Under the pieces are notes generated by a model, which was not told the DNA's origin, ran no database searches, and was given only the letters and a program-made list of their open reading frames with translations. From the NCBI GenBank assembly GCA_965205505.1, contig CBDBHB010000007.1, positions 653,137 through 717,136 on the forward strand: 64,000 nucleotides of DNA, in the 5' to 3' direction. Each line of letters opens with the position of its first letter. Position 1 is the stretch's first letter. Of the stretch, positions 28,374-38,407 are shown piece after piece. Source of the DNA: Acidobacteriota bacterium. GTDB taxonomy: Bacteria > Acidobacteriota > UBA890 > WLXD01. Both the position numbers and the translations under genes were made by a program.

Positions 28374-31300
28374 TCAATCCGGACTCGTGACCCCCGCATC
28401 CTCTGGCTCGGCGTCCCACCACCAGAAGCGCGGCAGCTCCTTTTCCACCGGCCACAGCTGATTCAGCGTGTCGCCGTCATATAGCTCGCCGTTCTTCATA
28501 ACCCAATGCACCGTGTTGGTGTTGTGGATGTCGTCGAGCGGGTTGGCGTCGAGCACCACGAGATCCGCCAACTTGCCAGCTTCGAGGCTGCCGAGGTCCT
28601 GTTCGATGCCGATGATGCGAGCGCCGTCGATAGTCGCCGCCTGCAGCACCTCGCGCGCCGTCATGCCACCCATGGCGAGCGCCCACATCTCCCAGTGATA
28701 GCCGAGCCCCTGAAGCTGACCGTGGCCGCCGACGCCGACCAGGCCACCGGCACGCTGGATCTTGGCGGCGTCGGCCGCCGCCTCATCGAAGTTGAACTCG
28801 TCGTCGCGAATCCAGCCACGACGGCGGCGTGACATCTCGTCGAGGCGGTTGTGCGGGTAGAAGCGATTGAGCTTCGGGTCGTCGTGTACCTCGGTCCGCG
28901 AGTAGAAATACTCTTCGGCGATCGTTCCGCCGTACTGCACTAGCAGCGTAGGTGTGTAGGCCGTCAGCGTCCGCGCGAAGAGCTCCACGACGTCTTTGAA
29001 CAGCGGCGTGACGGGGAGCGTGTGCTCGTTACCGTGCATGCCGTCGATGGCGTGAGTGATGTCGAGGGCCAGGTTACGTCCGCCCTCGGTCGTGGGAATG
29101 AGCCCGAGCTCCTTCGACGCTTTCACCACCCACTGTCGCTGCTTTCGATTACCGACCATGTAGGACTTGATGTTCCTGGTGCGGTAATGGCGCGTGTAGC
29201 GGCGCAAGTAGTCGAGCGTCGCCTCGTAGCTCTGGAAGTCGTTGGCGGAGAAGATACCGACGCCGGTCATCAACGCGCGCTGGCCCAGCGATTGCCCGGT
29301 TTCCACCAGATCCTGATAGGCGAGGTAGTCGTTGGTCGAGGTCTGCACGTCGAGGCCAGCGGTAACGCCGTAGGCAAGGTTGGCGACAAGGCTCCAGTTC
29401 TGCGGCTCTAGCACGTCGTGGGTGCGGAACTCCCAATGTGCGTGCGTGTCGATAAAGCCCGGCACGACGTACTTGCCGGCGATATCGAGCACACGGGCGC
29501 CATCCGGAATCTCCACCTGCCCACGTCGCCCCACCGCCACGATGCGGTTGTCGGTGACCACGATGTCGGCGTCGGCGATGACCGTGTCGCCGGCCATGGT
29601 GATGGCGGTACCACCGCGCAGAACGATCGTCCCTTGCGGCACGGCGCGCGGGAACTCGAGGACGACCTCGATCGAGTCGACGTGCTCCGCATCATCGCGC
29701 GGCGTGTGCGGCTCATCGTCGTCGGCGTCGGGCTCCTGGTCGGCGTCCGCGTCGCCGGCAGCCTGCTCATCGCTGGCGTCGGTTTCGGTGCCCGCGGAAT
29801 CGTTGTCTGCCTCGTCACCATCCATCGGCTCGGGTGTGAAATCGATCGTATCGAAGGCACGCCGGTAGAACGTCGAGCCGATAGCCCAGGTGATCGTGTC
29901 GCCACCATCGGCCCATGCGAAGTAGTCGGCGCCGATGTCGGTAATCTGCTGAGCCGGCACCGACGCGTCGCGAACGGAAACCTCCGGCTCGCCGGCGATC
30001 CGTGGCACGGCGACGACCCAGAGTTGGTTGTTCACCGAGGCGAGCGCCCAGTCACCGCCGGGTCGCAACAGCACACGGCTTGCCGCAGCAGGGCGCGGAC
30101 CTCGAGACGGGCCGGTGACCTTCAGATGTACCCGCCGGTCAGTACCGTCGTATCGAAGCGAGATCAGTCCGTCGTCGGAGTAGACGAAGATGCGCTCCGG
30201 ATCGCTGGAGAAATGTGGCGCGCCGACACCGCGCGCCGGCACTACCAGCTCCACATTGCCGCCCTCGGCCGGTAGCCAGACGAGATCCAGCGGCAGGCGC
30301 AGACCGCCGAACTCGCTGAAGGTCTGGTGGCGCACGTACTCGTTGCCGCGTAGGCCGACGATGCGGGTCCCGTCAAGCGAGTAAGCGATGTCGGTGTAGA
30401 AGGCCGGGTGCTCGCTGAGCTGCTGAGGGGGACCGCTGCCGTCGGCGCGCATGCGCCAGATTTGCCCGCCGTCGTTCATCGACCACGTTACGAAGGCAAT
30501 CCACTCGCCGTCGGGCGACCAGGCGGGCTTGAACTCCCAGGCATCGCCGGCCGTCAACCGTCGCGGGGCGGCGGTGGCAGAATCCAGCACGTAGATCTTG
30601 GTGAGCACCGACATCGCGATCCGCTGGCCGTCGGGCGACTGTTGCGGGTCCTGGATGAGCCGAGCGCGCACCGGCCCCTGCTCCAATCGGTAGGGGAACT
30701 CCAGCTCGGGGCCGATGTCGAGGGCGACGTCGGCAGTGAACGGAATGACCGAGGGGGCTCCGTCGGAGACACTCACGCGCCACAGCTTGCCGCCGGCGGT
30801 CACGACGACCGATTCGCCATCAGGGGTAAACGCGTAGCTCGGGAATGTGTCGCGGCTCGGCGCGCCGCCGCTCTCGATCTCGTCGCGCTGCACCGGCCAG
30901 ATCAACCAGCGATCGGCGCCCGATTCGAGATTCCGAATCCGCAGCCCGGTGCGGGTTTCGTAGCGCGTGGCGTATACGAGTTGACTTCCATCGGGCGACA
31001 GCGCCGGCCGCACGGCGCTGTACTCCGCCTGGGTCAGCACATCGACGTCGCCGCTGCGCATGTCCATGCGCCCGATCTGCCAGCTCGGGAAGTTCGCGGC
31101 GCTACGGGTACCGGATTGGGAGAAGTACAGATAGCGACCGTCAGGCGACATCGCCGCTCCCAATTGCGTTGGCCCCGTCGGGCCGCGACCGGGACCAGGG
31201 GTCGCTTCGCTAGGTTGCCTCGGCTTCCCCAGGGTCAGGCCCGAGCCGCCGTTGACGTGATACATGCGCAGCTCGGATCGCGCATCGCGCCGCGTTACGA

Positions 31301-31778
31301 TCACGTATTGACTATCGGGCGTCCACGCCGGCGAGATCATTGCCGCTCGGCGCTCCGACGACAGCTTGCGTGGGTCCGTGCCATCGGCGCGGGCGATCCA
31401 CAGGTTGTTGCTGCCGTCGCGGTCGCTGATGAAGGCGAGCCACTGGCCGTCCGGCGACACACGCGGCTGGCTGTCGAAACCCATTCCTTCGGTGATCCGC
31501 GTCGCTGTGCCGCCACCGATCGGTAGCGTGTAGAGGTCGCCGAGCAGGTCGAACACCAGAGACTGTCCGTCGGGGAACACGTCGAGCGACAACCACGTTC
31601 CCTCGTTCGTGGTGAACTCGAGCTTGCCGGCGGGCTCCAATGGCAAGCCGTCATCACCGCCGGCCGAGCCTTGTTGGGCGCTCGCCACCGACGCCGCGAC
31701 GATCAGGGCGCCGAGGGCGGCAAAGGCGAACGAAAGGCAGCTTGGACGCGAACGGAACGGAGCCAGGCTCAGCTTCAT
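28374..31778 (-). CDS. Secreted amidohydrolase with N-terminal PD40/TolB-like beta-propeller repeats
   Basis: Repeated PxxSPDG; PGFIDTHAH; GGHGQLQG; GSLEAGKLADLVVL. Confidence 0.92.
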   Translation of the reverse strand: MKLSLAPFRSRPSCLSFAFAALGALIVAASVASAQQGSAGGDDGLPLEPAGKLEFTTNEGTWLSLDVFPDGQSLVFDLLGDLYTLPIGGGTATRITEGMGFDSQPRVSPDGQWLAFISDRDGSNNLWIARADGTDPRKLSSERRAAMISPAWTPDSQYVIVTRRDARSELRMYHVNGGSGLTLGKPRQPSEATPGPGRGPTGPTQLGAAMSPDGRYLYFSQSGTRSAANFPSWQIGRMDMRSGDVDVLTQAEYSAVRPALSPDGSQLVYATRYETRTGLRIRNLESGADRWLIWPVQRDEIESGGAPSRDTFPSYAFTPDGESVVVTAGGKLWRVSVSDGAPSVIPFTADVALDIGPELEFPYRLEQGPVRARLIQDPQQSPDGQRIAMSVLTKIYVLDSATAAPRRLTAGDAWEFKPAWSPDGEWIAFVTWSMNDGGQIWRMRADGSGPPQQLSEHPAFYTDIAYSLDGTRIVGLRGNEYVRHQTFSEFGGLRLPLDLVWLPAEGGNVELVVPARGVGAPHFSSDPERIFVYSDDGLISLRYDGTDRRVHLKVTGPSRGPRPAAASRVLLRPGGDWALASVNNQLWVVAVPRIAGEPEVSVRDASVPAQQITDIGADYFAWADGGDTITWAIGSTFYRRAFDTIDFTPEPMDGDEADNDSAGTETDASDEQAAGDADADQEPDADDDEPHTPRDDAEHVDSIEVVLEFPRAVPQGTIVLRGGTAITMAGDTVIADADIVVTDNRIVAVGRRGQVEIPDGARVLDIAGKYVVPGFIDTHAHWEFRTHDVLEPQNWSLVANLAYGVTAGLDVQTSTNDYLAYQDLVETGQSLGQRALMTGVGIFSANDFQSYEATLDYLRRYTRHYRTRNIKSYMVGNRKQRQWVVKASKELGLIPTTEGGRNLALDITHAIDGMHGNEHTLPVTPLFKDVVELFARTLTAYTPTLLVQYGGTIAEEYFYSRTEVHDDPKLNRFYPHNRLDEMSRRRRGWIRDDEFNFDEAAADAAKIQRAGGLVGVGGHGQLQGLGYHWEMWALAMGGMTAREVLQAATIDGARIIGIEQDLGSLEAGKLADLVVLDANPLDDIHNTNTVHWVMKNGELYDGDTLNQLWPVEKELPRFWWWDAEPEDAGVTSPD

Positions 31779-31817
31779 GGATCTCCCTCTCGAGAACTGT
31801 GGTCCAGCAGGCCGTGG

Positions 31818-33713
31818 TCAGCTGACCGGGTATCCGAGCCGACCGAGGGCATCGGCGATCTCATTCAGGATCGCCGGCTCATCGATCGTAGCCGGTATCT
31901 TGAACTCCTCACCAGCAGCGATCTTGCGCATCGTGCCGCGCAGGATCTTGCCGGAGCGAGTCTTGGGAAGACGCCGGACGATCGTTGCGACCTTGAACGA
32001 GGCCACCGGTCCGATCTGCGAGCGGATCATTTGCACGAGCTCGCCGATGATCTCGTCATTGGCCCGCTCGACGTTCGCCTTGAGCACGATCATTCCGACA
32101 GGGATCTCGCCCTTGATGGCATCGGGCACGCCCATCACCGCGCACTCGGCTACGTCCTGGTGCGCGGCGAGAACTTCCTCCATACCGCCGGTCGAGAGCC
32201 GATGGCCGGCAACGTTGATGATGTCGTCGGTGCGGCTCATGATCCACAAATAGCCGTCCTCGTCCTTGAAACCTGCGTCGGCGGTGGAGTAGTAACCGGG
32301 AAAGGCACTGAGGTACGTGTCGACGAAACCGTCGTCGTTGTTCCACAGGGTGGGTAGGCAGCCGGGCGGCAACGGCGTCTTGATGGCGATGCTGCCGCTC
32401 TTGCCGGCTGCGACCTCGTTGCCGGCGTCGTCGAGCACCCGCACGTCGTAGCCGGGGACGGCCAGGCCGCACGAGCCCGGTTTGACGGGCAGATCACCTA
32501 ACCCAGCACAGTTGGCACCGATCGCCCAGCTGGTCTCCGTCTGCCACCAGTGATCGACCACCTGGACGCCGAGCTGCCGTTGCGCCCACTCGAGGGTGTC
32601 GGCATCGCAGCGCTCGCCGGCGAGGAACAGAGCCCGGAAACGGCTCAGGTCGTAACGCTGCATGAACTCGCCCTCCGGATCCTCGCGCTTGATGGCCCGA
32701 AATGCAGTGGGCGCCGTGAACATCACGTTGACCTTGTGGTCGGAGATGACCCGCCAGAATGCGCCGGGATCCGGCGTGCCTACCGGCTTGCCTTCGTACA
32801 GCACGGTGGTGCAGCCATGAAACAAAGGCGCATAGACAATGTAGGAGTGTCCGACGATCCAGCCGACGTCGGAGGCAGCCCAGTACACGTCGCCGGGGTC
32901 GACATCGTAAACGTTCTTCATCGTCCACTTGAGGGCCACTAAGTGGCCTCCATGGTCGCGCACCACGCCCTTCGGAACACCCGTGGTTCCCGACGTATAG
33001 AGGATGTACAGCGGATCGGTGGCCGCGACCGGCAGACAATCGACGGGCTCCGCATCGGCCACCTCCCGCCAATCGACGTCGCGGCCATTCACCATCGTTG
33101 CCAAGGCCTGTGGGCGCTGCAGGATGATGCAGCACTCAGGCTTGAACGATGCTGTCTCGATCGCACTATCGAGGAGCGGCTTGTATTCGATTACGCGCTC
33201 GACCTCGATGCCGCACGAGGCTGACACGATCACCTTGGGTTTGGCGTCGTCGATGCGAGTGGCGAGCTCGTTCGACGCGAAGCCCCCGAATACGACCGAG
33301 TGGATCGCGCCGATACGTCCGCACGCCAGCATCGCGATGATTGCCTCCGGAACGGCCGGCATGTAGATAATCACGCGGTCGCCCTTCTCGACCCCACGCG
33401 CCGCCAGCGCCCCGGCAAACCTGGCTACCCGATCCTGGAGCTCGGCATAGGTCAGACTCGTGGTGGTACCCGTGACTGGGCTGTCGTGCACCAGCGCCAG
33501 CTGCTCGGCGCGCCCCGACTCGACGTGCCGATCGACGGCATTGTAGCACGTGTTGACTAGAGCGCCGGGAAACCATCGGTAGAAGGGCGGGTTGGAGTCA
33601 TCTAGCACGCGATCCCAGCGGCGATACCAGTGAATGTCCTCGGCGGCCTCGGCCCAGAACTCGGCCGGGTCCTGCAACGAGCGTGTGTGGAGGTCTGACT
33701 GGCGGCTCTCCAT
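31818..33713 (-). CDS. prpE: Propionyl-CoA synthetase (acetate/propionate-CoA ligase)
   Basis: FYRWF..NTCYNAVDRH, YTSGTTGVPKG, DHWWQTE, AGHRLSTG, PKTRSGKILR. Confidence 0.88.
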   Translation of the reverse strand: MESRQSDLHTRSLQDPAEFWAEAAEDIHWYRRWDRVLDDSNPPFYRWFPGALVNTCYNAVDRHVESGRAEQLALVHDSPVTGTTTSLTYAELQDRVARFAGALAARGVEKGDRVIIYMPAVPEAIIAMLACGRIGAIHSVVFGGFASNELATRIDDAKPKVIVSASCGIEVERVIEYKPLLDSAIETASFKPECCIILQRPQALATMVNGRDVDWREVADAEPVDCLPVAATDPLYILYTSGTTGVPKGVVRDHGGHLVALKWTMKNVYDVDPGDVYWAASDVGWIVGHSYIVYAPLFHGCTTVLYEGKPVGTPDPGAFWRVISDHKVNVMFTAPTAFRAIKREDPEGEFMQRYDLSRFRALFLAGERCDADTLEWAQRQLGVQVVDHWWQTETSWAIGANCAGLGDLPVKPGSCGLAVPGYDVRVLDDAGNEVAAGKSGSIAIKTPLPPGCLPTLWNNDDGFVDTYLSAFPGYYSTADAGFKDEDGYLWIMSRTDDIINVAGHRLSTGGMEEVLAAHQDVAECAVMGVPDAIKGEIPVGMIVLKANVERANDEIIGELVQMIRSQIGPVASFKVATIVRRLPKTRSGKILRGTMRKIAAGEEFKIPATIDEPAILNEIADALGRLGYPVS

Positions 33714-33830
33714 CGCTGCTCCAATCGTCGGTGTCGCGGATCAGCACGCTGTATCGATCCCGGGGCGATCTCAGGGAAGATCGTCGGTTACCCGCGCTCG
33801 CGAACGCCAACCTTACACGCAGAAGCTCCC

Positions 33831-34943
33831 CTAGCGAGCGCCAGCGTCGACCTCGAAAGGCAGCTGCACCGGCGCGATGGTTGGCGTTCCGACGCGCTCC
33901 GTATCGAAAGGCTGGTCGAATAGCCGCGACAGGCTGTTGCCGGCTAGGTCCTCCAGAGCCGGGTCCACACGGAGGACGTAGGCACCCGGCGACCACGGCT
34001 CGTCGGGCGTGAACCCCCAGCGTCGATCCCCGTCGGACACCAGCGACCGACCGTGCACCTGCTCCCCACTCGATGACTCGACGGTGATGAGGCGCTCGAG
34101 CAGCGCGTGATCGAGTGGTTCAGGGAGCCAGAGCTCGACCGGCGCCCCAGGCGACGCGGGGGCGGATAGAGTCCAGCCGCCGGGCTCGGGACGAGATCGA
34201 TCCGCCGGACCGACGATCCAAGTGCGATCAAAACCCTCGGCAAGGGGTGCGCTGTCGCCGTCGGGCCAGTCGGCAGAAACGCGTAGGGTAATCGTCCGCC
34301 CGGCGCGCAACGGGGCGCCCATGGCGAGGTTCGGCCCGACGTCCTGCTTGATGCGCCCCGGGTCGAAGAACAGCGTCAGGCGGTCGCCATCGGGACTCCA
34401 GAGCTCTTGCTCGGGAACAACGAAAGCCCCGCTGACAGCGTTGCCCTCGGCGTCCAGCAGCTCGAGGAACTCGCGCGCTCGGCCGCGACTCATCGGCGCG
34501 GAGAACTGCACGTACAGACGCAAAAGGTTCTCTGGAACCGCCTCCGCGTCCGGATACACGGCGCTTACCGTCGTCGTGGCCGTACGGTCGCGACGCGGCG
34601 CGGTAAACGAGCGCACCAGCGGCTCGGCGGCATCGCGCGACCAAACGGCAGTGTAGGTCTGGCCAGCGCCGAGTGGGTAGCGAGGGCGCCAACGCGCCAC
34701 ACCACGATCCACCGTCACCCCGCCGACGACCGGTTGCCGATTGGCGTCGAGTTGCTCGGGCGAACCCGTGTAGATCGCCAGGTTCGGCTGGCCGGCGCCG
34801 GCTCCGGTCAGCTCTACATGCCAACCGGTCTCGGAATCACCGACGAAGCGCAACTCAGGCCTGCCGGTAATCGGATCCGCGCATCCGGCTAGCGCCGCGG
34901 CCGCGATCGACGTCGCGGCCGCGGCCAGCCGAATCTTGTTCAG
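33831..34943 (-). CDS. Putative lipoprotein with Ig-like domains; lipobox in a shifted frame
   Basis: ORF 33831-34853 (PENLLRLYVQFSAPM, LTLFFDPGRIK, LEDLAGN). Upstream frame encodes a signal ending ALAGC and stops near 34856, implying a 1-nt frameshift. Confidence 0.6.
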   Translation of the reverse strand: MNKIRLAAAATSIAAAALAGCADPITGRPELRFVGDSETGWHVELTGAGAGQPNLAIYTGSPEQLDANRQPVVGGVTVDRGVARWRPRYPLGAGQTYTAVWSRDAAEPLVRSFTAPRRDRTATTTVSAVYPDAEAVPENLLRLYVQFSAPMSRGRAREFLELLDAEGNAVSGAFVVPEQELWSPDGDRLTLFFDPGRIKQDVGPNLAMGAPLRAGRTITLRVSADWPDGDSAPLAEGFDRTWIVGPADRSRPEPGGWTLSAPASPGAPVELWLPEPLDHALLERLITVESSSGEQVHGRSLVSDGDRRWGFTPDEPWSPGAYVLRVDPALEDLAGNSLSRLFDQPFDTERVGTPTIAPVQLPFEVDAGAR

Positions 34944-34944
34944 C

Positions 34945-36045
34945 TTAGATCCACTCGGAGGGACGCGCGGACAGCCTCAACGCTCCGTTCTCGGGCATGC
35001 GCTCGAGGATCAGCAACGTGTCGGCGCGCAGCTTGTCGATCTGCACCACCAGTCCCAGCGGCGCACCCTCGTAGTCGACGCCGGTGCGCGGGCCGACCTC
35101 TTGCTCGATGCTCGGCTTGCTCTGCGCCGCGCGGATGTCGCTCATCGGGATCTTCATCGTGCCGCGACGGGAGTTGGTCAACAGAACGTACTCCTCGCCA
35201 TTCTGTTCGAGCAACACCATGTCGATCGGCACGTTGCCAAAGCCGAGCTCGGCGATCGTCTTACCGCGCATGCGGTCGGCGCCGCGCATCTCCTCGACCG
35301 AGAAAGTCGCCAGCGGCGTGCACAGATAACCGGCGAGCACGTGTTGCTCGCCGTCCAGCTCAAGCGGCAGGAATGTGTAGATCGGCGCGTGAGTCTCGTA
35401 CGCTGCGTGCGCACCATGGTAGATCTCGAGCCCGGTGATGTCGGAAGCAGATTCGAACGGCCAAGGAACCCGCCGCATTGAGGAAGCGAACTCCTCGTTC
35501 GACAGACCCGCCACGAACAGCTCGTCGCCGAGCAATTCGATGTCGGTGATCGTCATCGAGCGCGGGTTTCGACGCTCGCTCGGGTCGTCGTCCGGGGCGT
35601 TCGTCAGGTCGTGCCTCGTATAAGCCACCTGCGCCAGGTCGACGTGGTGCACCTGTCCGTCTGGCGTGACCTTCATCAACGCGGGCGCCGCGTCGTTGCC
35701 GCTACCCCGCATGATCGACAGATACGCAACCCCCGACTTGCTGTCGGCCGCCATGTCCTTGACGAAGATCTCGGACGACGTGGTCCCGAGCATCTCGGCA
35801 ATCTTGGCGTCGAGGCTGCTTACCGCTTGGAATTCATCCGGCGCCGTGCCAGCGCTGCCGACCTCCAGCGCGTAGAGCGTGCCGCCGACCGAGTCGACAG
35901 CGAAGAGTACGCCGTCGGCGAACTCGAGCGCACCAATCGACCGCATCGGCGGATCGACCAGCGTGCCTTCCTCATCCAGGTAGATCCAGCCCAGCGACAC
36001 CGCGATCGCGGCAGCAATGCACCAGGTAAGGACGCGCTTGTTCAT
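34945..36045 (-). CDS. Hypothetical secreted/anchored protein, probable beta-propeller
   Basis: N-terminal hydrophobic helix; VAGLSNEEFAS, YHGAHAAYETHAP, AGYLCTPL, GKTIAELGFGNVP. Confidence 0.7.
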   Translation of the reverse strand: MNKRVLTWCIAAAIAVSLGWIYLDEEGTLVDPPMRSIGALEFADGVLFAVDSVGGTLYALEVGSAGTAPDEFQAVSSLDAKIAEMLGTTSSEIFVKDMAADSKSGVAYLSIMRGSGNDAAPALMKVTPDGQVHHVDLAQVAYTRHDLTNAPDDDPSERRNPRSMTITDIELLGDELFVAGLSNEEFASSMRRVPWPFESASDITGLEIYHGAHAAYETHAPIYTFLPLELDGEQHVLAGYLCTPLATFSVEEMRGADRMRGKTIAELGFGNVPIDMVLLEQNGEEYVLLTNSRRGTMKIPMSDIRAAQSKPSIEQEVGPRTGVDYEGAPLGLVVQIDKLRADTLLILERMPENGALRLSARPSEWI

Positions 36046-36147
36046 TCCGTTCTCCTTGGGGAGTTAGTGTCCTCCATGCCGCGAGCATTCTATCGGCAGT
36101 AGGCGGCCCGGCGCCATGAACGACCCCCTGGCCGGGGCGCCGGGGCG

Positions 36148-36969
36148 CTAACTTTGCGCCAGCACCGGGAAGAGCGGGTGGTCCATCGGGCTACCCGCGG
36201 GCAGCTCCTCGTCAATGCCGGGGAACTCGGGCGACGTCTTCCACGGCCGCGGTGCGTGGACCATATCGTCGCCCAACAGGCGCACGGAGAACACACGTCG
36301 TCGTTGTGTTCCTCGCACGCCAGCCGCCCCATGCAACGTCAGCATGTGGAAGGCAACCGCATCGCCGGGCTCGATGGCCCAACGGAGGATCCGGTGGGCG
36401 TCGCGATCGGCCTCGATGTCGGGGGCCTCTTCGAGCGAGCCGGCGGGGAACCACCGGGCCTCCTCCGTCATGAAAGTGCGCGGCATGAGCCAAGGGCCCG
36501 TGTGGGAGCCGGCCACGAACTCGAGCGTCCACTCCTCGGGAACCTGATCGACGGGAATCCAGAAGCTGACGTTCTGGCGCCCGTCAACGTTGTAGAAGGG
36601 CTGATCCTGGTGCCACGCAGTGCGTTGCGCAGTGCCGGGCTCTTTCACCAGCATGTGATCGTGGAAGAGGCGCACCTGGCGCGATTGCATCAGCCGCGCC
36701 GCGGCGGAAGCGAGCGCTGTCTCCTCGATGAAACGGCGATATGCGGCGTTGTCCTGCCAGTTGCAGAAGTCCTCCATGAACCAACCGGGATCATCGGGCC
36801 GGCTGGCGACGATCGAGCGTGGGCTCGGCGAGACGATGTTGGAGTCGATGCCTTCGCGCAATAGCTCGATCTCATCAACGCAGAACAGCCCGCGCACCGC
36901 GACGGCGCCATCGCGAGCGTAGTCTTCCACCAGGGTGTCGGGTACGCAGCGCGCGGCTCGATCAATCAT
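36148..36969 (-). CDS. Phytanoyl-CoA dioxygenase (PhyH) family Fe(II)/2OG enzyme
   Basis: KEPGT..TAWHQD, FWIP, GSH, PGDAVAFH..TLHG, RR. Confidence 0.9.
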   Translation of the reverse strand: MIDRAARCVPDTLVEDYARDGAVAVRGLFCVDEIELLREGIDSNIVSPSPRSIVASRPDDPGWFMEDFCNWQDNAAYRRFIEETALASAAARLMQSRQVRLFHDHMLVKEPGTAQRTAWHQDQPFYNVDGRQNVSFWIPVDQVPEEWTLEFVAGSHTGPWLMPRTFMTEEARWFPAGSLEEAPDIEADRDAHRILRWAIEPGDAVAFHMLTLHGAAGVRGTQRRRVFSVRLLGDDMVHAPRPWKTSPEFPGIDEELPAGSPMDHPLFPVLAQS

Positions 36970-37114
36970 TGCCGCCACCTTACAAGACCCGGGCGAGCCT
37001 GGTCGGTCGCGGGACACTCAACGGCGACACATGGCAGAGTAGGCCAACGTGGTCGGTGCTCGGCGTGCTGGCCAACCTCATAGAGGTCGGTCCCAACCGA
37101 CGGAAAGGGCGGTC

Positions 37115-38350
37115 ATGTCCCCTCGAGCTCCTGGAAAACTGGCGCTCGTCTTCGTGCTGCTGACCGTGCTGATGGATACCGTCGGACTGGGGATCATCAT
37201 CCCGGTCACCCCGGAGCTCATCATGGAGCTGACCGGGGAAGGGCTGAGCCGCGCCTCCATCTTCGGCGGCTGGTTGGCGTTCTCCTACGCCATGATGCAG
37301 TTCGTGTGCGCTCCGATCCTCGGCAACCTGAGCGATCGATTCGGGCGGCGACCCATATTGCTGTACTCGGTTGCCTCCCTCGGCATCGACTACCTGGTGA
37401 TGGCCATGGCGCCGACGATTGCCTGGCTGTTCGTCGGACGTGCGCTGGCGGGAATCGCGGGAGCCTCGTTTACCACCGCCTACGCGTACATCACCGACAT
37501 CAGTCCACCGGAGAAGCGGGCACAGAACTTCGGCATGATTGGTGCCGCTTTCGGTGCCGGGTTCATTCTCGGCCCGGCAATCGGTGGCCTGCTGGGTGCC
37601 TACGGCCCGCGAGCTCCGTTCTTCGTCGCCGCCGGGCTGAGCTTGGCCAACTTCGTCTACGGTATGTTCGTGCTGCCGGAAACGCTTGCCGACGACAAGC
37701 GGCGCCAGTTCAAATGGCGGCGCGCTAACCCGGTCGGTACTTTGCTGCAGATTCGACGCTATCCGGCGGTGCTTGGCATGCTGGCGGCGCTCTTTCTGTG
37801 GCAGGTCGCACACCAGGTGATGCCGAGCATCTGGACCTACTACACGATGCTCAAGTTCGGCTGGTCGGAGGCCATGATCGGCGCCTCACTGGCGTCCTTC
37901 GGGATCATCATGGTGATTGGCCAGAGCACGCTGCCGCGCATCGTGGTTCCAAAGTTGGGCGAGCATCTCACCGCTTCGCTCGGTTTGATCGTCGGCGGCG
38001 TGGGGTTCGTCGGCTATGCCTTCGCGTCACACGGCTGGATGATGTTCGCGCTTCAGATCACCTGGCTGCTCGGCGCCCTGGTGATGCCCTCGACCCAGTC
38101 CCTGTTGTCGCAGCGTGTCCCAGCGGATGCGCAGGGTGAGCTGCAAGGAGCGGTGGCGAGCCTGTTCAGTGTCTCCGCCATTATCGGGCCGCTATTGATG
38201 ACGCAACTGTTTCGCCGTTTCACGGCGCCCGACGCAATGGTGAGCTTCCCTGGTGTCTCGTTTGTTTTCGCGGCCCTGCTCGCCACCGGTGCCTTCATCA
38301 TCCTGAGAGCCAGTGGCGCGCCGCCCCCCCGCACTCCCGAAACCGTCTGA
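37115..38350 (+). CDS. TetA/DHA1-type MFS efflux transporter
   Basis: Motif [38 protein letters not shown]. Confidence 0.92.
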   Translation: MSPRAPGKLALVFVLLTVLMDTVGLGIIIPVTPELIMELTGEGLSRASIFGGWLAFSYAMMQFVCAPILGNLSDRFGRRPILLYSVASLGIDYLVMAMAPTIAWLFVGRALAGIAGASFTTAYAYITDISPPEKRAQNFGMIGAAFGAGFILGPAIGGLLGAYGPRAPFFVAAGLSLANFVYGMFVLPETLADDKRRQFKWRRANPVGTLLQIRRYPAVLGMLAALFLWQVAHQVMPSIWTYYTMLKFGWSEAMIGASLASFGIIMVIGQSTLPRIVVPKLGEHLTASLGLIVGGVGFVGYAFASHGWMMFALQITWLLGALVMPSTQSLLSQRVPADAQGELQGAVASLFSVSAIIGPLLMTQLFRRFTAPDAMVSFPGVSFVFAALLATGAFIILRASGAPPPRTPETV

Positions 38351-38407
38351 AGCGGCTGTGCCGGTCGCTGATTCGATCGACGGGCACGGGGCATCGGCGG
38401 CGATCCG

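Noticed and set aside
37115-38350. Tetracycline resistance gene (likewise beta-lactam resistance for the two serine hydrolases)
   Set aside because: Only family-level motifs; substrate cannot be inferred
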